Positions 49,976-60,641 of a DNA stretch of 64,000 bases are shown piece by piece. The notes below the pieces were generated by a model that saw only the letters and a list, made by a program, of their open reading frames with translations, searched no databases and had not been told where the DNA came from. This stretch comes from a virus (lineage: Duplodnaviria > Caudoviricetes). The stretch is taken from IMG/VR virus record IMGVR_UViG_3300010338_000575, one strand, 5' to 3'. The translations under genes were made by a program, and so were the position numbers. Every line of letters starts with the position of its first letter. Position 1 is the first letter of the stretch.

Positions 49976-50578
49976 ATGAGTAATATTGATGGAAACAATA
50001 TTTTTAAATTTTCTCTTTATCAGAATGATATTTTATTTTGTGAGAAAATTTATGATGCGGATCAGTTTAATCCGTTTACTAGGTATTCAATTGATATTCG
50101 TGATATTTTACCACGAATAATTTCAAGATTACAAAAAACATTATCAAAGCGTAGTTATGTTACTGACTATGGTGTTGGTAGAATTAATTTTGATGATGTT
50201 AATAGTGATGAGTATTCTTATGACTTAATTCATTCTGAACATGTGTATTATAATCCAACACCAATAACACAACAAATTGACGATAAAATTATTCATGGTG
50301 TTGAATTTAAATTTGGTTTATATATAAACAATAATCCGATTGTTGAAAGAATTTTTTATGTTGATTCATTTAATCCCATTTCAAGATGGTCTGTTGATAT
50401 TGTTGAAACATTTGTTGAAATAACTGATAGTATTGTAGAAAGAATAAAAAAGAATGATATTAAAAACATTTGGGATGATTATGATTTAATAAATCGTAAA
50501 GGACTCACATTTCTTCAGGTTAGAGAATTATCACTTGCCGATAGAGAAAGATTGTTGAATAGTTTAAAAAGTTGCTGA
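49976..50578 (+). CDS. hypothetical protein with an internal duplication
   Basis: 'FKFSLYQN..ILFCEKIY.AD.FNP..R.SIDI' recurs as 'FKFGLYIN..PIVERIF.VD.FNP..RWSVDI'. Confidence 0.6.
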   Translation: MSNIDGNNIFKFSLYQNDILFCEKIYDADQFNPFTRYSIDIRDILPRIISRLQKTLSKRSYVTDYGVGRINFDDVNSDEYSYDLIHSEHVYYNPTPITQQIDDKIIHGVEFKFGLYINNNPIVERIFYVDSFNPISRWSVDIVETFVEITDSIVERIKKNDIKNIWDDYDLINRKGLTFLQVRELSLADRERLLNSLKSC

Positions 50579-50672
50579 TGATTTAATTATTAGTATTATT
50601 TCAACAAATATGTTATTATTTTGCAATAATTTTATTGTTGTGTATTGTTATATTTTTTAAAAATAGATAGAA

Positions 50673-52127
50673 ATGGGAGATATTAATGAAAATACATTTA
50701 GTGCTTATTTAGGACCTGAATTTCAACAAAAATTAATGTGGCAACTTTTGGTAGAACCTGAATTTGCTGAAAAAACAATACCCAATTTATCGATCGATTA
50801 TTTTGATGATCCTAATTTAAAAAGATTATATATAATTATATTAGAATATTATCGTGATTATCAAAAAGTACCAAATCTTCAAAATAAGAGTATACATCAA
50901 GCAATTAATAAATATAAAACACCAAATAATTTAATAGAAGAGGAAGCATTATTTTCTATAGTTAAAAGAATTGAGTTGTGGAATGAGAGAGTCATTAATA
51001 AACAAATGTTATATGATGGTGATGCGGTACAAAAAACAACTAATCAATTTATAAAACAACAAGAATATAGAAAAGTTGCTGAATATATTTTAGAAAAAGT
51101 TAAAAATGGTGAAATAAAAAATAAGAATATTGTCTTTACCATTGAGGAACGTTTTCAAAAAATATCAAATATTGGTGAAGATAATGATGATTGTGAAGAA
51201 GTTATTGAGGGTATTGATAATGCGTTGAGAAAAGAATTCAGACAACCCATTGCGACTGGTATTGGTGCTATTGATGCACTTACTGGTGGTGGTTTGGGTA
51301 AGGGTGAAATTGGTATTGTTTTATCACCATCAGGTGTTGGTAAAACAACATTTTTAACAATAGTTGCGAATACTGCATATGAAGATGAAAAAAATGTTGC
51401 GCAAATAATTTTTGAAGATACTAAAGATCAGATAAAACGTAAACATTATACGATTTGGGCAAAATCTAAATTAAGTAAATTGGATGAAGATGAAGAGAAT
51501 GAAAGGGTATCTAAAATTGTGCATGAGAAGGCAAAAAAAATGGAAGGTAAGGGTAGATTGATTATAAAAAGATTTAGTCAAGAAAACACAACAATGTTAG
51601 ATATTAGAAATTGGATGATTGCATATCAAAAGAAATATGGATTTAAATTTGATATTTTAGTTTTGGATTATTTGGATTGTGTTGAATCACATAAAAAAAC
51701 ATCTGATAGAAACGATGCTGAACTTTCGGTAATAAAAGCATTCGAAGCATTAGCATCTGATTTTAATATTCCTGCATGGACTGCAATACAAACAAACCGT
51801 TCGGGATTTAATGCTGAGTTTGTTGATGCACAGCAATCTGGTGGTAGTATTAAAAGAATACAAAAAGCCCATTTTTTTATGAGTATTGCAAAAACACAAG
51901 AACAAAAAGAAGCACAATTAGCAAATATTTCGATTTTAAAAGCGAGATTTGCACAAGATGGGCAAAAATTTGTGGATTGTATATTCAATAACGATACTAT
52001 GCAAATTATAATAAACGATCCCAGATACCAATTTTCTAAAGTAAATAAGTCATTAAAACATTATGATGATAATGATATAAAAAAAATAGAAGAAAAGGCG
52101 AATAAATTAAATGAATTGGGTAATTAG
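50673..52127 (+). CDS. replicative DNA helicase (DnaB/T4 gp41-like)
   Basis: 'TGIGAID.LTGGGL..GE', 'SPSGVGKT', 'LDYLD', 'WTAIQTNR', 'ILKARF'. Confidence 0.92.
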   Translation: MGDINENTFSAYLGPEFQQKLMWQLLVEPEFAEKTIPNLSIDYFDDPNLKRLYIIILEYYRDYQKVPNLQNKSIHQAINKYKTPNNLIEEEALFSIVKRIELWNERVINKQMLYDGDAVQKTTNQFIKQQEYRKVAEYILEKVKNGEIKNKNIVFTIEERFQKISNIGEDNDDCEEVIEGIDNALRKEFRQPIATGIGAIDALTGGGLGKGEIGIVLSPSGVGKTTFLTIVANTAYEDEKNVAQIIFEDTKDQIKRKHYTIWAKSKLSKLDEDEENERVSKIVHEKAKKMEGKGRLIIKRFSQENTTMLDIRNWMIAYQKKYGFKFDILVLDYLDCVESHKKTSDRNDAELSVIKAFEALASDFNIPAWTAIQTNRSGFNAEFVDAQQSGGSIKRIQKAHFFMSIAKTQEQKEAQLANISILKARFAQDGQKFVDCIFNNDTMQIIINDPRYQFSKVNKSLKHYDDNDIKKIEEKANKLNELGN

Positions 52128-52160
52128 AATTTAAATTCAAATGAAGGTGTTATTTTTAAT

Positions 52161-52388
52161 GTGTTAGATAATTACAATAACGATGATTTATCGGAAAATT
52201 TTAATACGAATTGTTGTGCTGATACTTCAAATGATAACACAATAATTTCGAATATTGAAAATATTGATAGTGTAACAAATGATTTTAATTTGATTGACCC
52301 AGATGTATCTATGGGTGTTGATAATAATAATATTAATGATTTGTTATCACAATTACGTAAGACGCAAAATGTGAAACGCAAAACGTGA
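52161..52388 (+). CDS. small acidic ORF
   Basis: 75 aa, GTG start, lies before the terminator. Confidence 0.35.
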   Translation: MLDNYNNDDLSENFNTNCCADTSNDNTIISNIENIDSVTNDFNLIDPDVSMGVDNNNINDLLSQLRKTQNVKRKT

Positions 52389-52411
52389 AATATGTCGTGA
52401 GTTATGTTTTT

Positions 52412-52446
52412 AAAATCGATGATTTTTCCAATCATCGATTTTTTTT
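52412..52446 (+). terminator. intrinsic terminator
   Basis: AAAATCGATGATT...AATCATCGATTTTTTTT. Confidence 0.75.
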
Positions 52447-52480
52447 ACAATTAGTATTTATTATTATAAATTAAAATTAT

Positions 52481-54568
52481 TTGATTATGAAAAGAAATGT
52501 TGATGATTTTTATTTAAATCAAATTACTGAGGAATTGTTATTTTTTGAAAACGTTAATCAGACAAAGAATTTTTTGAAATCAAAAAATCTTGATCCGAAT
52601 ACAAATACCACAGGTAAAAATATTTTTGATACTATTACTGGTATTACTAGGGGTGACGGTTATACTTATTTATTAACACGTTTTTATTTAAATGATAATG
52701 TACCAATTAAACGTTTAAAAAATTTACACGATTATATTAAACAAAACAAAACAATTTTAACTAAATTACCTAAACCAATTTTATCTTATGAAACATATGA
52801 AGAACTTTATCAAGATATTATTGATTTTGAAGGTAATAGATTTTTGAAAAAATTAATAAATGAATTGCCACTTAATTTAAGAAAGCAATATGAAACACTT
52901 AACGATGATGAAAAAAATATTATAAAAAATGCTGCTAATGATTATTATAGTAAACTAACAAAAGATCATCGAAGATATTTTATGGATAGTATTAGTGGTT
53001 ATAAAGATATTGGTGTGGTTATTAATAATTTGGTTGGTTATATTCATGCTGTGGTGAGTGGGCAAGATTATTTTTCAATCAAGAAAAAAATTGAAAACAC
53101 ACCAGATACCGAAATAGTATATGATGATTTGAATAAAAAAATATTAATTGCACATATAAAAACTTTTGAATCTTCGACTATATTGGGTTGTACTACGAAG
53201 TGGTGTATTTCTAGAGATAAAGAACATTGGAATAGTTATAGACGTGGTGGTAAAAATATTTTTTTTATATGGGATTTTAATTACACCCCCAATAATGATT
53301 ATTATTTGGTAGGTGTTGCGTATTATAGAAAAAAACCTGAACATTCGGCAACACATGTAAAGGGTAATGATAAGGTTAGTTTAGGTGCGATTCTTAAAAG
53401 TAAGGGGTTAACTTATGATATTTTTGATAACTATATTGATGAATTAATAAAATCTAAATTAAATGTCAATGATATTGATTTGATGGATGCATTAATGAAT
53501 TATGATGATAATCCTGATTTGCTTATTAATGTAATAAGTAATAGTAATATTATTAATAGTTTTAATACGTCAGATGGTGTATCGTATGACGATGATGTTG
53601 TTTATTTGGGATTATCTGACACCGAAATGGCTGATATGTTAGAAATCGATTATGACGGTTTTAATTATATATATACAATTTCAAATGGTCTTTACTATTA
53701 TGAAGTGGATGATGATGAATTAAATTATATGTATAATAGATTAGATAATGATACAATTGCACTGGTGAAGAAATTGTTAAAAAAAATTGGTGTTTCTGAT
53801 GAAATGATTGGTAATATTTCAGAAGAAGGTGTTTTAAAAAACTTATTTGAAAAAATGGGTTGGGGTGAAATGTTTGATGAATATATTTATTATATAAATG
53901 ATGCTATTAATGATGCAATGAGAGAAAAGGCATTAAGAATACTAAATGAAATACCGTTTGATATTTTTAGTGGGAGTTTTATTGTTGGTAATATGATATC
54001 ATACATGGAAAAACATCATATCACTGCTCATAATTTTGATGAGTTGATTGATGAAATTAAAAATAATTTACCAGAAATTTCATATGAAGCGTTAAATGAT
54101 GTAATTTATGATAACAATGTGTTAGATTTAAGATATTTGAATGGTTATGTGTTAGATTTTGTTGGTGATATTATACAAAATAATGAATATTGGTTACAAA
54201 ATAAATTAATTGATATAATAAAAGTACTACATAAATGGGGGTTTGAAGTATTAATTGGGAAAAATTATGCAGTGAAAGAATATAAAAATATGAAGATTAT
54301 TGTTAATGATATTGATGTTGATGAAAATATTAACGATACTATTGTTACTGCAACACTTTATTATAATGAACATTATTATCATAACATATTGGGAAAACCA
54401 AAACCTCAAAACAGAAAAATTAAAGTTCCTTTGAATAAGTTACGTAATTATATACAACAATTAGAAACACCGTTTGATATGAATGAAACAAAATCTAAAT
54501 CAAGAAAAATTATACATGATGTATTATTTGAATTAATAAAAGAAAATTTTCTTTTAAAAAGGGGTTAA
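52481..54568 (+). CDS. large hypothetical late protein
   Basis: 695 aa, 'LG..TKWCIS...HW.SY' motif; late motif at 52454-52461. Confidence 0.6.
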   Translation: MIMKRNVDDFYLNQITEELLFFENVNQTKNFLKSKNLDPNTNTTGKNIFDTITGITRGDGYTYLLTRFYLNDNVPIKRLKNLHDYIKQNKTILTKLPKPILSYETYEELYQDIIDFEGNRFLKKLINELPLNLRKQYETLNDDEKNIIKNAANDYYSKLTKDHRRYFMDSISGYKDIGVVINNLVGYIHAVVSGQDYFSIKKKIENTPDTEIVYDDLNKKILIAHIKTFESSTILGCTTKWCISRDKEHWNSYRRGGKNIFFIWDFNYTPNNDYYLVGVAYYRKKPEHSATHVKGNDKVSLGAILKSKGLTYDIFDNYIDELIKSKLNVNDIDLMDALMNYDDNPDLLINVISNSNIINSFNTSDGVSYDDDVVYLGLSDTEMADMLEIDYDGFNYIYTISNGLYYYEVDDDELNYMYNRLDNDTIALVKKLLKKIGVSDEMIGNISEEGVLKNLFEKMGWGEMFDEYIYYINDAINDAMREKALRILNEIPFDIFSGSFIVGNMISYMEKHHITAHNFDELIDEIKNNLPEISYEALNDVIYDNNVLDLRYLNGYVLDFVGDIIQNNEYWLQNKLIDIIKVLHKWGFEVLIGKNYAVKEYKNMKIIVNDIDVDENINDTIVTATLYYNEHYYHNILGKPKPQNRKIKVPLNKLRNYIQQLETPFDMNETKSKSRKIIHDVLFELIKENFLLKRG

Positions 54569-54647
54569 TTTTTTTATATTAAAAAGTTTTTTTTATTGAT
54601 GTGTAGTATTTATTACATGCAATTAAATAATTGATTTTTGACAATAT

Positions 54648-54718
54648 TGCGGGTTGGAGTAATGGTAACTTACTTGGCTCATAACCAAGATATAAGGGTT
54701 CGAATCCCTTACCCGCTA
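54648..54718 (+). tRNA. tRNA-Met(CAT), initiator-like
   Basis: Cloverleaf: acceptor GCGGGT/ACCCGC with U1xU72 mismatch, anticodon arm CTTGG-CTCATAA-CCAAG, T arm AAGGG-TTCGAAT-CCCTT, A11-U24 pair; CCA not encoded. Confidence 0.92.
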
Positions 54719-54852
54719 CAAAAATTACATTTTTGGCTGTTAATACCAGTGTTTTTATAAAAACGGGGCGTATTACCTAACATTTGATGGTTAAGAATGG
54801 TTTTTCAGATTAAATTATCTGGTTTTTCAAAAACGTTATTAATGGTATTAAA

Positions 54853-54892
54853 GAAAGTGGAGATGTTACGATAAAAACATTTCCACTTTTTT
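54853..54892 (+). terminator. intrinsic terminator
   Basis: AAAGTGGAGATGTT...AACATTTCCACTTTTT. Confidence 0.7.
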
Positions 54893-55027
54893 ATTTTATT
54901 GTTGATTTTAATTTTATTTGATTGTATTTATATTAAATATAATTCAACCAATTTGGTTGAATTAGTTAATTAACAGGACGGTCATTAACTTACATAATTT
55001 GAATTATATAAAATTTAATTAATTCAT

Positions 55028-56116
55028 ATGACATTTTTTGCTAGACCTAATTTAGATGACGTACAATTTAGACAAGAAACTGGTAGTACATTGACGCTGA
55101 GTGGTAGTACGATTATTAGCAGTTTCAGTGGTTTGTCATTGAGCGATAATTATGGTGATAGAATACCAATTGTTATTTCTGGTCAATCTGAAGGAAAGGT
55201 TATGACATACAAATCAGGTTGTATTGTGCTTTCTGAAATAACAACGACTGCAAATATTACATATAGTGGTGCATCACCAACAACATGTACTGTAGGTGGT
55301 TTAGTATCGGGTACTGATATTAGTGGATGTAATATTAATAAAATTATTGAAATGATGGCATCTCCAGTGGTATCACCAACATTAACGCCACCCTTTGCAA
55401 CGTTATCTTTAAATCCAAACCCAAGTGTTTATGAAGTTGGTAGTAGTATATCTTTTATTGCTACTGGTTGTTATAATATGGGTTCTGTATCACCAGTGTA
55501 TTGTAACGGTCCTTCAACAAGAACTGGATTGCCAACAGAATATAACTTTTTCTATAATGGTGGAGTTCCAATTAAAATTACAACATCTAATTTATGCACA
55601 ACCACATCAATTAATGGTGTTGTTAGTAATGGTAATAATGGGGTTGGTTTATATGTGTGTTATTCTGCTGGTGAATATCCAAAAAGAAGTAATGGGGATA
55701 CTGTTGGTATGACATGTTGTCCTGCGGGTGTTTCAAGTACAGTATGTGTTAATTTTGTTGGCACTTATCCATATTTTTGGGGAAGTAGTGATACAAAACC
55801 AGTTATTAATCAAATATTAATTAATAGTGCAAATAAATGTGTAGGAATTAGTAGCGGTAATGTTATTGTTAGTAATTATGATGTGGTTGGAAAATATATT
55901 TGGTTTGCAATTCCAAGTGAAAGTGCGACAAAAACGAAATGGCAAGGATCGAATTCACCAACTAATTGTGGTACAATACCCGGTGATTTATTTGATTCTG
56001 AAGTTGTATGTGCAATAAATTCACCAAATAATTGTTGGTCTAATGTTAGTTATAAATTTTATGTAAGTAATTATCCAACAAGTATTAATTATCAAATGAC
56101 TTTTAAAAATAGTTAG
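55028..56116 (+). CDS. Cys-rich virion fibre/decoration protein
   Basis: Ser/Thr/Gly-rich beta protein, 'YPYFWG', 'YIWFAIP'; late motif at 54924. Confidence 0.55.
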   Translation: MTFFARPNLDDVQFRQETGSTLTLSGSTIISSFSGLSLSDNYGDRIPIVISGQSEGKVMTYKSGCIVLSEITTTANITYSGASPTTCTVGGLVSGTDISGCNINKIIEMMASPVVSPTLTPPFATLSLNPNPSVYEVGSSISFIATGCYNMGSVSPVYCNGPSTRTGLPTEYNFFYNGGVPIKITTSNLCTTTSINGVVSNGNNGVGLYVCYSAGEYPKRSNGDTVGMTCCPAGVSSTVCVNFVGTYPYFWGSSDTKPVINQILINSANKCVGISSGNVIVSNYDVVGKYIWFAIPSESATKTKWQGSNSPTNCGTIPGDLFDSEVVCAINSPNNCWSNVSYKFYVSNYPTSINYQMTFKNS

Positions 56117-56118
56117 AT

Positions 56119-58383
56119 ATGTCAATACAGTATAATGAGAATATAAAAATTGCTGCACCCGCACCACTTGATAAAAGATATTTAAGTATTAGAAGTGTTA
56201 ATGGTGTTCAAGTACCGTATTCATCAACCACAGAAGTTAATAATACTATAATATTAAGCGAAAGATATATTGGATTAACTGTTAATGTTAATGGTGTTGA
56301 GTATTGGTACAAAGACGGTATTTTAGATAATGATTTAATTGAAAAAAAATACAATACCAAATTTTCAATTGATAATATTATTACTGGTGGTACAAATATT
56401 GGTTATTTTAGCGGGTATAGCGGAATTCAAATATTACCAATAAATCATTTATTAGATGGTAATTATGATGGTAATTATCAATCATTATATAATTATTATT
56501 ACAGAGGTGTTGATGGTAAAATTCATACTGGTGTATCGCCAATAGATGGTATTGGTAGAAGGGGTTATTATAGTCAATCAATTGACAAATCTTGGTTGTG
56601 GAATGAATATACTGGTAGTTCTAATATAAGGGGTTGGATTCTTGTTGATGGCAATATTGAAAATAATATTGGTGTTTTTTTAAATGGTGTTACATATTAT
56701 ACAGGTATTGGATTATCAAAACCATATACAGGTGCAACGTGGCAACAGGGGGTTGCTTATAATAATGGTTCTAATTTAGTAATTAATGCTGTTATTGGTA
56801 GTGTGAATACTGGTACAACGTATATTGTCGGATCACCTGTATATAGTCATACTGACAATAGTTTAATGAACTATAGAACAATTAAATCAAAAACACCAAA
56901 TTATATAAATGTTAGTTACGATGAATCTTTTATATATTTATCTGGTGCAAGTGCTATAATATCTGCACAAAATGTTGGTGTTGGTACTGGTGTTTATAAA
57001 ACTAGAACTGGTGATACAATACAGTTTAAATCATTAAAAGGTAGCGGTGATACGTTTATAACACAATCTGGTGATGATATTATAATATTTTCAAGTTCTG
57101 AAAGTGGTAGTGGTTATGCAATTACTGGTGCAACTAATATTGGTAGTGGTGTTGGTATATACTCAAACGTTGATTATAGAAAATTACAATTAAGAACAAT
57201 AATTGGTTCTGGTAGTACGATAATAAATCAAAGTGGTGATAGTATAATAATTAATTCTATTGGTGGTGGTGTGTTTACTGAAAATATTGTTGTTAGTATT
57301 GCTGATGGAAAAACATTTGGTAAATATGTTAATGGTGATATAATACCTTCAAGTGGTAAAACTGCACAAGAAGTAATTAAGATGGCATTGACGGAAGCGT
57401 TAGAACCTACAGTAAATTTATCATCATCGGGTAATGATGTTGTGTTTGGTAAATCCCAGAAAATTGTAAATCTCTCATTCTCATATACGATAAATACGTT
57501 AAATGCGCATGTTGATACAGTATTACTTGAATGGAGAAGAAACGATACTGGTGATTGGAATGTATTACCAATAACAACTGATATGACACAATATGCACAC
57601 GTAATTAATGAAACTGATAGATTTGATTCAACAATTATTAACTATAGATATACGGTAACAGATAGTGAGGGTGCAACAAAAACTGTTACACATAATGTTA
57701 CACCTGAACAATATGCAGCACCAACAATGTCAATTACATTAAATGGAACAATTACATCACCTGAAACACAAAATGTTAGAGAAAAAGGAAATGTTATTAG
57801 TAGTCCAAGTGGCACAATATCATCAAATAGAGCGTTAGTTAATATTACTGCATGGACGTTAGAAAGAAGATATAATGGTGGTACTTGGCAGATATTATCA
57901 TCGGCAAGTGGTTTAAACGTTCAATCAGTATCTATTCCGCAGTATAACGATAATACTGGAATACCAACGAATGCTACTTCAATTGAATATAGAATTGGGT
58001 ATACTGATGAGTATACAAGTGGTAATGGTGGCAATCAATCAATAACATTTAAATATTTTTCATATTGGGGATTTAATACAAACACAACAATTAATGAAAC
58101 ACAAGTAGAAGCGTTGTCATATAAAAACTTTAAATCGTCAGTTGCGTTAACTTGGAATAATATTAATACTCCAATAGGTAATTATACATATTATGCGTAT
58201 CCAAGTACATATAATGATATTACATCAATTATAAAGAATGGTGTTAATCAGGATTTTGGTGCATGGTCAAAATTATCGAATGTTTCAGTAACTAATTCTT
58301 ATGGTGAAACATTGACATATAAGGTGTATAGAACAAATGCAACTGGTGCGTATGGTGCTACTGATTGTATTTCAATAACATAA
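56119..58383 (+). CDS. tail fibre-like protein
   Basis: 'APLDKRY..ERYIGLTV' N-terminus, repeated 'NVGVGTGVYK/NIGSGVGIY' units, Ig-like C-terminal domains. Confidence 0.6.
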   Translation: MSIQYNENIKIAAPAPLDKRYLSIRSVNGVQVPYSSTTEVNNTIILSERYIGLTVNVNGVEYWYKDGILDNDLIEKKYNTKFSIDNIITGGTNIGYFSGYSGIQILPINHLLDGNYDGNYQSLYNYYYRGVDGKIHTGVSPIDGIGRRGYYSQSIDKSWLWNEYTGSSNIRGWILVDGNIENNIGVFLNGVTYYTGIGLSKPYTGATWQQGVAYNNGSNLVINAVIGSVNTGTTYIVGSPVYSHTDNSLMNYRTIKSKTPNYINVSYDESFIYLSGASAIISAQNVGVGTGVYKTRTGDTIQFKSLKGSGDTFITQSGDDIIIFSSSESGSGYAITGATNIGSGVGIYSNVDYRKLQLRTIIGSGSTIINQSGDSIIINSIGGGVFTENIVVSIADGKTFGKYVNGDIIPSSGKTAQEVIKMALTEALEPTVNLSSSGNDVVFGKSQKIVNLSFSYTINTLNAHVDTVLLEWRRNDTGDWNVLPITTDMTQYAHVINETDRFDSTIINYRYTVTDSEGATKTVTHNVTPEQYAAPTMSITLNGTITSPETQNVREKGNVISSPSGTISSNRALVNITAWTLERRYNGGTWQILSSASGLNVQSVSIPQYNDNTGIPTNATSIEYRIGYTDEYTSGNGGNQSITFKYFSYWGFNTNTTINETQVEALSYKNFKSSVALTWNNINTPIGNYTYYAYPSTYNDITSIIKNGVNQDFGAWSKLSNVSVTNSYGETLTYKVYRTNATGAYGATDCISIT

Positions 58384-58414
58384 ATTATTATACATAAAAT
58401 AATAATATAGTAAA

Positions 58415-60529
58415 ATGGCATTAAGACAATCTGATATATTAGAACATAATAACCCTAATCTAGCGGTTGCAGATAGTGATTTTGTTAAGGGTGGTTTTAG
58501 ATCACCTGTTAATGATTTAATAGAATTATATGCATTATCGAATAAAGTTGATGAACCCACTGCTGCTGGACAGTTGAAAGAACATGCAACAATAGTATAT
58601 GTGATATCTGAAAATAAATATTATGAATTGGTGGATATTAATAACGTTGGTAATAGTAACGGTTGGAAAGAGTTTTCGTTAGGTGGTGGTGGTAGTATTA
58701 CTGGTGTTACAAATGGTTTACATTTATCAAATTCGGGTAAGGTAATTGCATTAGGTGGTGAATTAACTGGTGATACTTCATTTAGTGGTGGTGTGTTGAA
58801 ATATACAACACATTTAAATTTTACTGGTGATACTGATATTATTGATAAACAATATGTTGATAGTTTAGTATTTGGATTAAGACCCAAACCTGCGGTTGAT
58901 GTTGCTACAACAACATCATTAACATATCCGTTTAGTGGGTTAACTACGATTGATAATATTACTTTAACAACTGATAAAAGGGTTTTAGTTAAAGATCAGA
59001 TTGATAAAACTCAGAATGGTATTTGGATTGTTAAATCGGGATTATGGGTACGTGCTGATGATTTTGATGGTTCACCACAAGGTGAAATTGTGAGTGGTAG
59101 TTATGTGTTTGTTTTAAGTGGTGATACGAACAAAAAATCTTCGTGGATTTTAGATACACCCGATCCAATATATGTGGATGTGACACCACTAAATTTTCTG
59201 TTATTTGATTTAGCACGTGAAGTTAATGAAGGTATTGGTATTAATATTACATCAAATAATGGTGTTAATGTAATATCGGTTGATGGCGAGAATTTAGTTG
59301 GTAATTCGTTAGTTTGGTCTGGTGATACGTTTAATGTTGATGTTAATAGTGGTAGTTTATACACAACATTGAATGGTAAGTTAGATAAAATTACATTTAA
59401 TAATTTTACTGGAACAACATTACCAAATAATTACGTAAGTAAAAATATTTATACTGGATATACTGGTACAACAAATCTTAGAATAAGCAATATTGAAACA
59501 AATTATATAAATGCTGCTAATAATGGATTAACTAAATTAGGAAATACTGTATTGTTTGGTGGTACATTAACTGATAATACTTGTATTAATCTTGATACAA
59601 ATGATTTAATGTTTAGGAATTCATCAAATTTAAATACTGTATTACATTTACATTCTAATAATATCAATAATTGGATTTCATTATCAACTACAGATACTGG
59701 TAATACTAAATGTTCTTATTTAAATATTAATACTAATTGTTTACAATTTGAATATTGTCAAGACACAACTAATCAACAACTAATTAGTTTGTGTGATAAA
59801 ACATATTTTAAATCTAATAATGGTTGGGTTTTTGATACGTTTAATTGTAGTGGACATGGATTGATTAAGTACGCAAATGATTACACTTCATTAATGATAA
59901 ATCCGAGACAAATACCAGATATTGGATATGTGACTGGTATTACCTCTAATAATCTTGTTAACGTATGTAATGGTTTAACTAAGGTTGGAAAAACTGCTAT
60001 ACTTGGTGGTGAAATTACTGGTGATACTTGTATTTATGCGGTTAATGGTGGTAAAAACATTTCAATAGATTTTAAGGATAGTGAAGGTAATTTATATATA
60101 TGTGCAACGGGTGGTGGTAAAGTAAATGTTTCAGTAAATTCTGGTATAACATATACTGCTAATTATTCATCATCGTTCGTTAATCGTTCACTTGTTGATA
60201 AAGAATATGTTGATAATAGAATTGATGTTATTAATACAACAATAATTAATTCAACACCATATTATACCACTAATAATGATAGGTTTATTGGTGTTAGTGG
60301 ATATTCTATTGGTAATAATGCTTATATTTATTTAAATACAAATCCAATCATTGGTCAGAAAATAATAATATCTGATATTCAAGGTCAAGCATTAACAACA
60401 CCAATTTATATTGATGGTAATGGAAAAAATATTAATGGTAATTCAACTGGTATGATTAATACCGATTATGGTTCGGTTACATTAATTTATAACGGTAGTT
60501 TTTGGAGTGCAATTGGTTTTGTTAATTAA
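58415..60529 (+). CDS. tail fibre protein
   Basis: 'RVLVKDQ..KTQNGIW....WVRADD' fibre domain; repeated 'NGLTK.G..(V/I)LGG' and 'DK.YVD' units. Confidence 0.75.
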   Translation: MALRQSDILEHNNPNLAVADSDFVKGGFRSPVNDLIELYALSNKVDEPTAAGQLKEHATIVYVISENKYYELVDINNVGNSNGWKEFSLGGGGSITGVTNGLHLSNSGKVIALGGELTGDTSFSGGVLKYTTHLNFTGDTDIIDKQYVDSLVFGLRPKPAVDVATTTSLTYPFSGLTTIDNITLTTDKRVLVKDQIDKTQNGIWIVKSGLWVRADDFDGSPQGEIVSGSYVFVLSGDTNKKSSWILDTPDPIYVDVTPLNFLLFDLAREVNEGIGINITSNNGVNVISVDGENLVGNSLVWSGDTFNVDVNSGSLYTTLNGKLDKITFNNFTGTTLPNNYVSKNIYTGYTGTTNLRISNIETNYINAANNGLTKLGNTVLFGGTLTDNTCINLDTNDLMFRNSSNLNTVLHLHSNNINNWISLSTTDTGNTKCSYLNINTNCLQFEYCQDTTNQQLISLCDKTYFKSNNGWVFDTFNCSGHGLIKYANDYTSLMINPRQIPDIGYVTGITSNNLVNVCNGLTKVGKTAILGGEITGDTCIYAVNGGKNISIDFKDSEGNLYICATGGGKVNVSVNSGITYTANYSSSFVNRSLVDKEYVDNRIDVINTTIINSTPYYTTNNDRFIGVSGYSIGNNAYIYLNTNPIIGQKIIISDIQGQALTTPIYIDGNGKNINGNSTGMINTDYGSVTLIYNGSFWSAIGFVN

Positions 60530-60641
60530 TGTTTAATATTAAATAAAAATAATTTTAAACGATATTTAGTGTTACTAATATCTTAAACTATTTATATGTG
60601 ATAATAATAAATAATATAAAAAAATAAAATAGTAGAAAACA

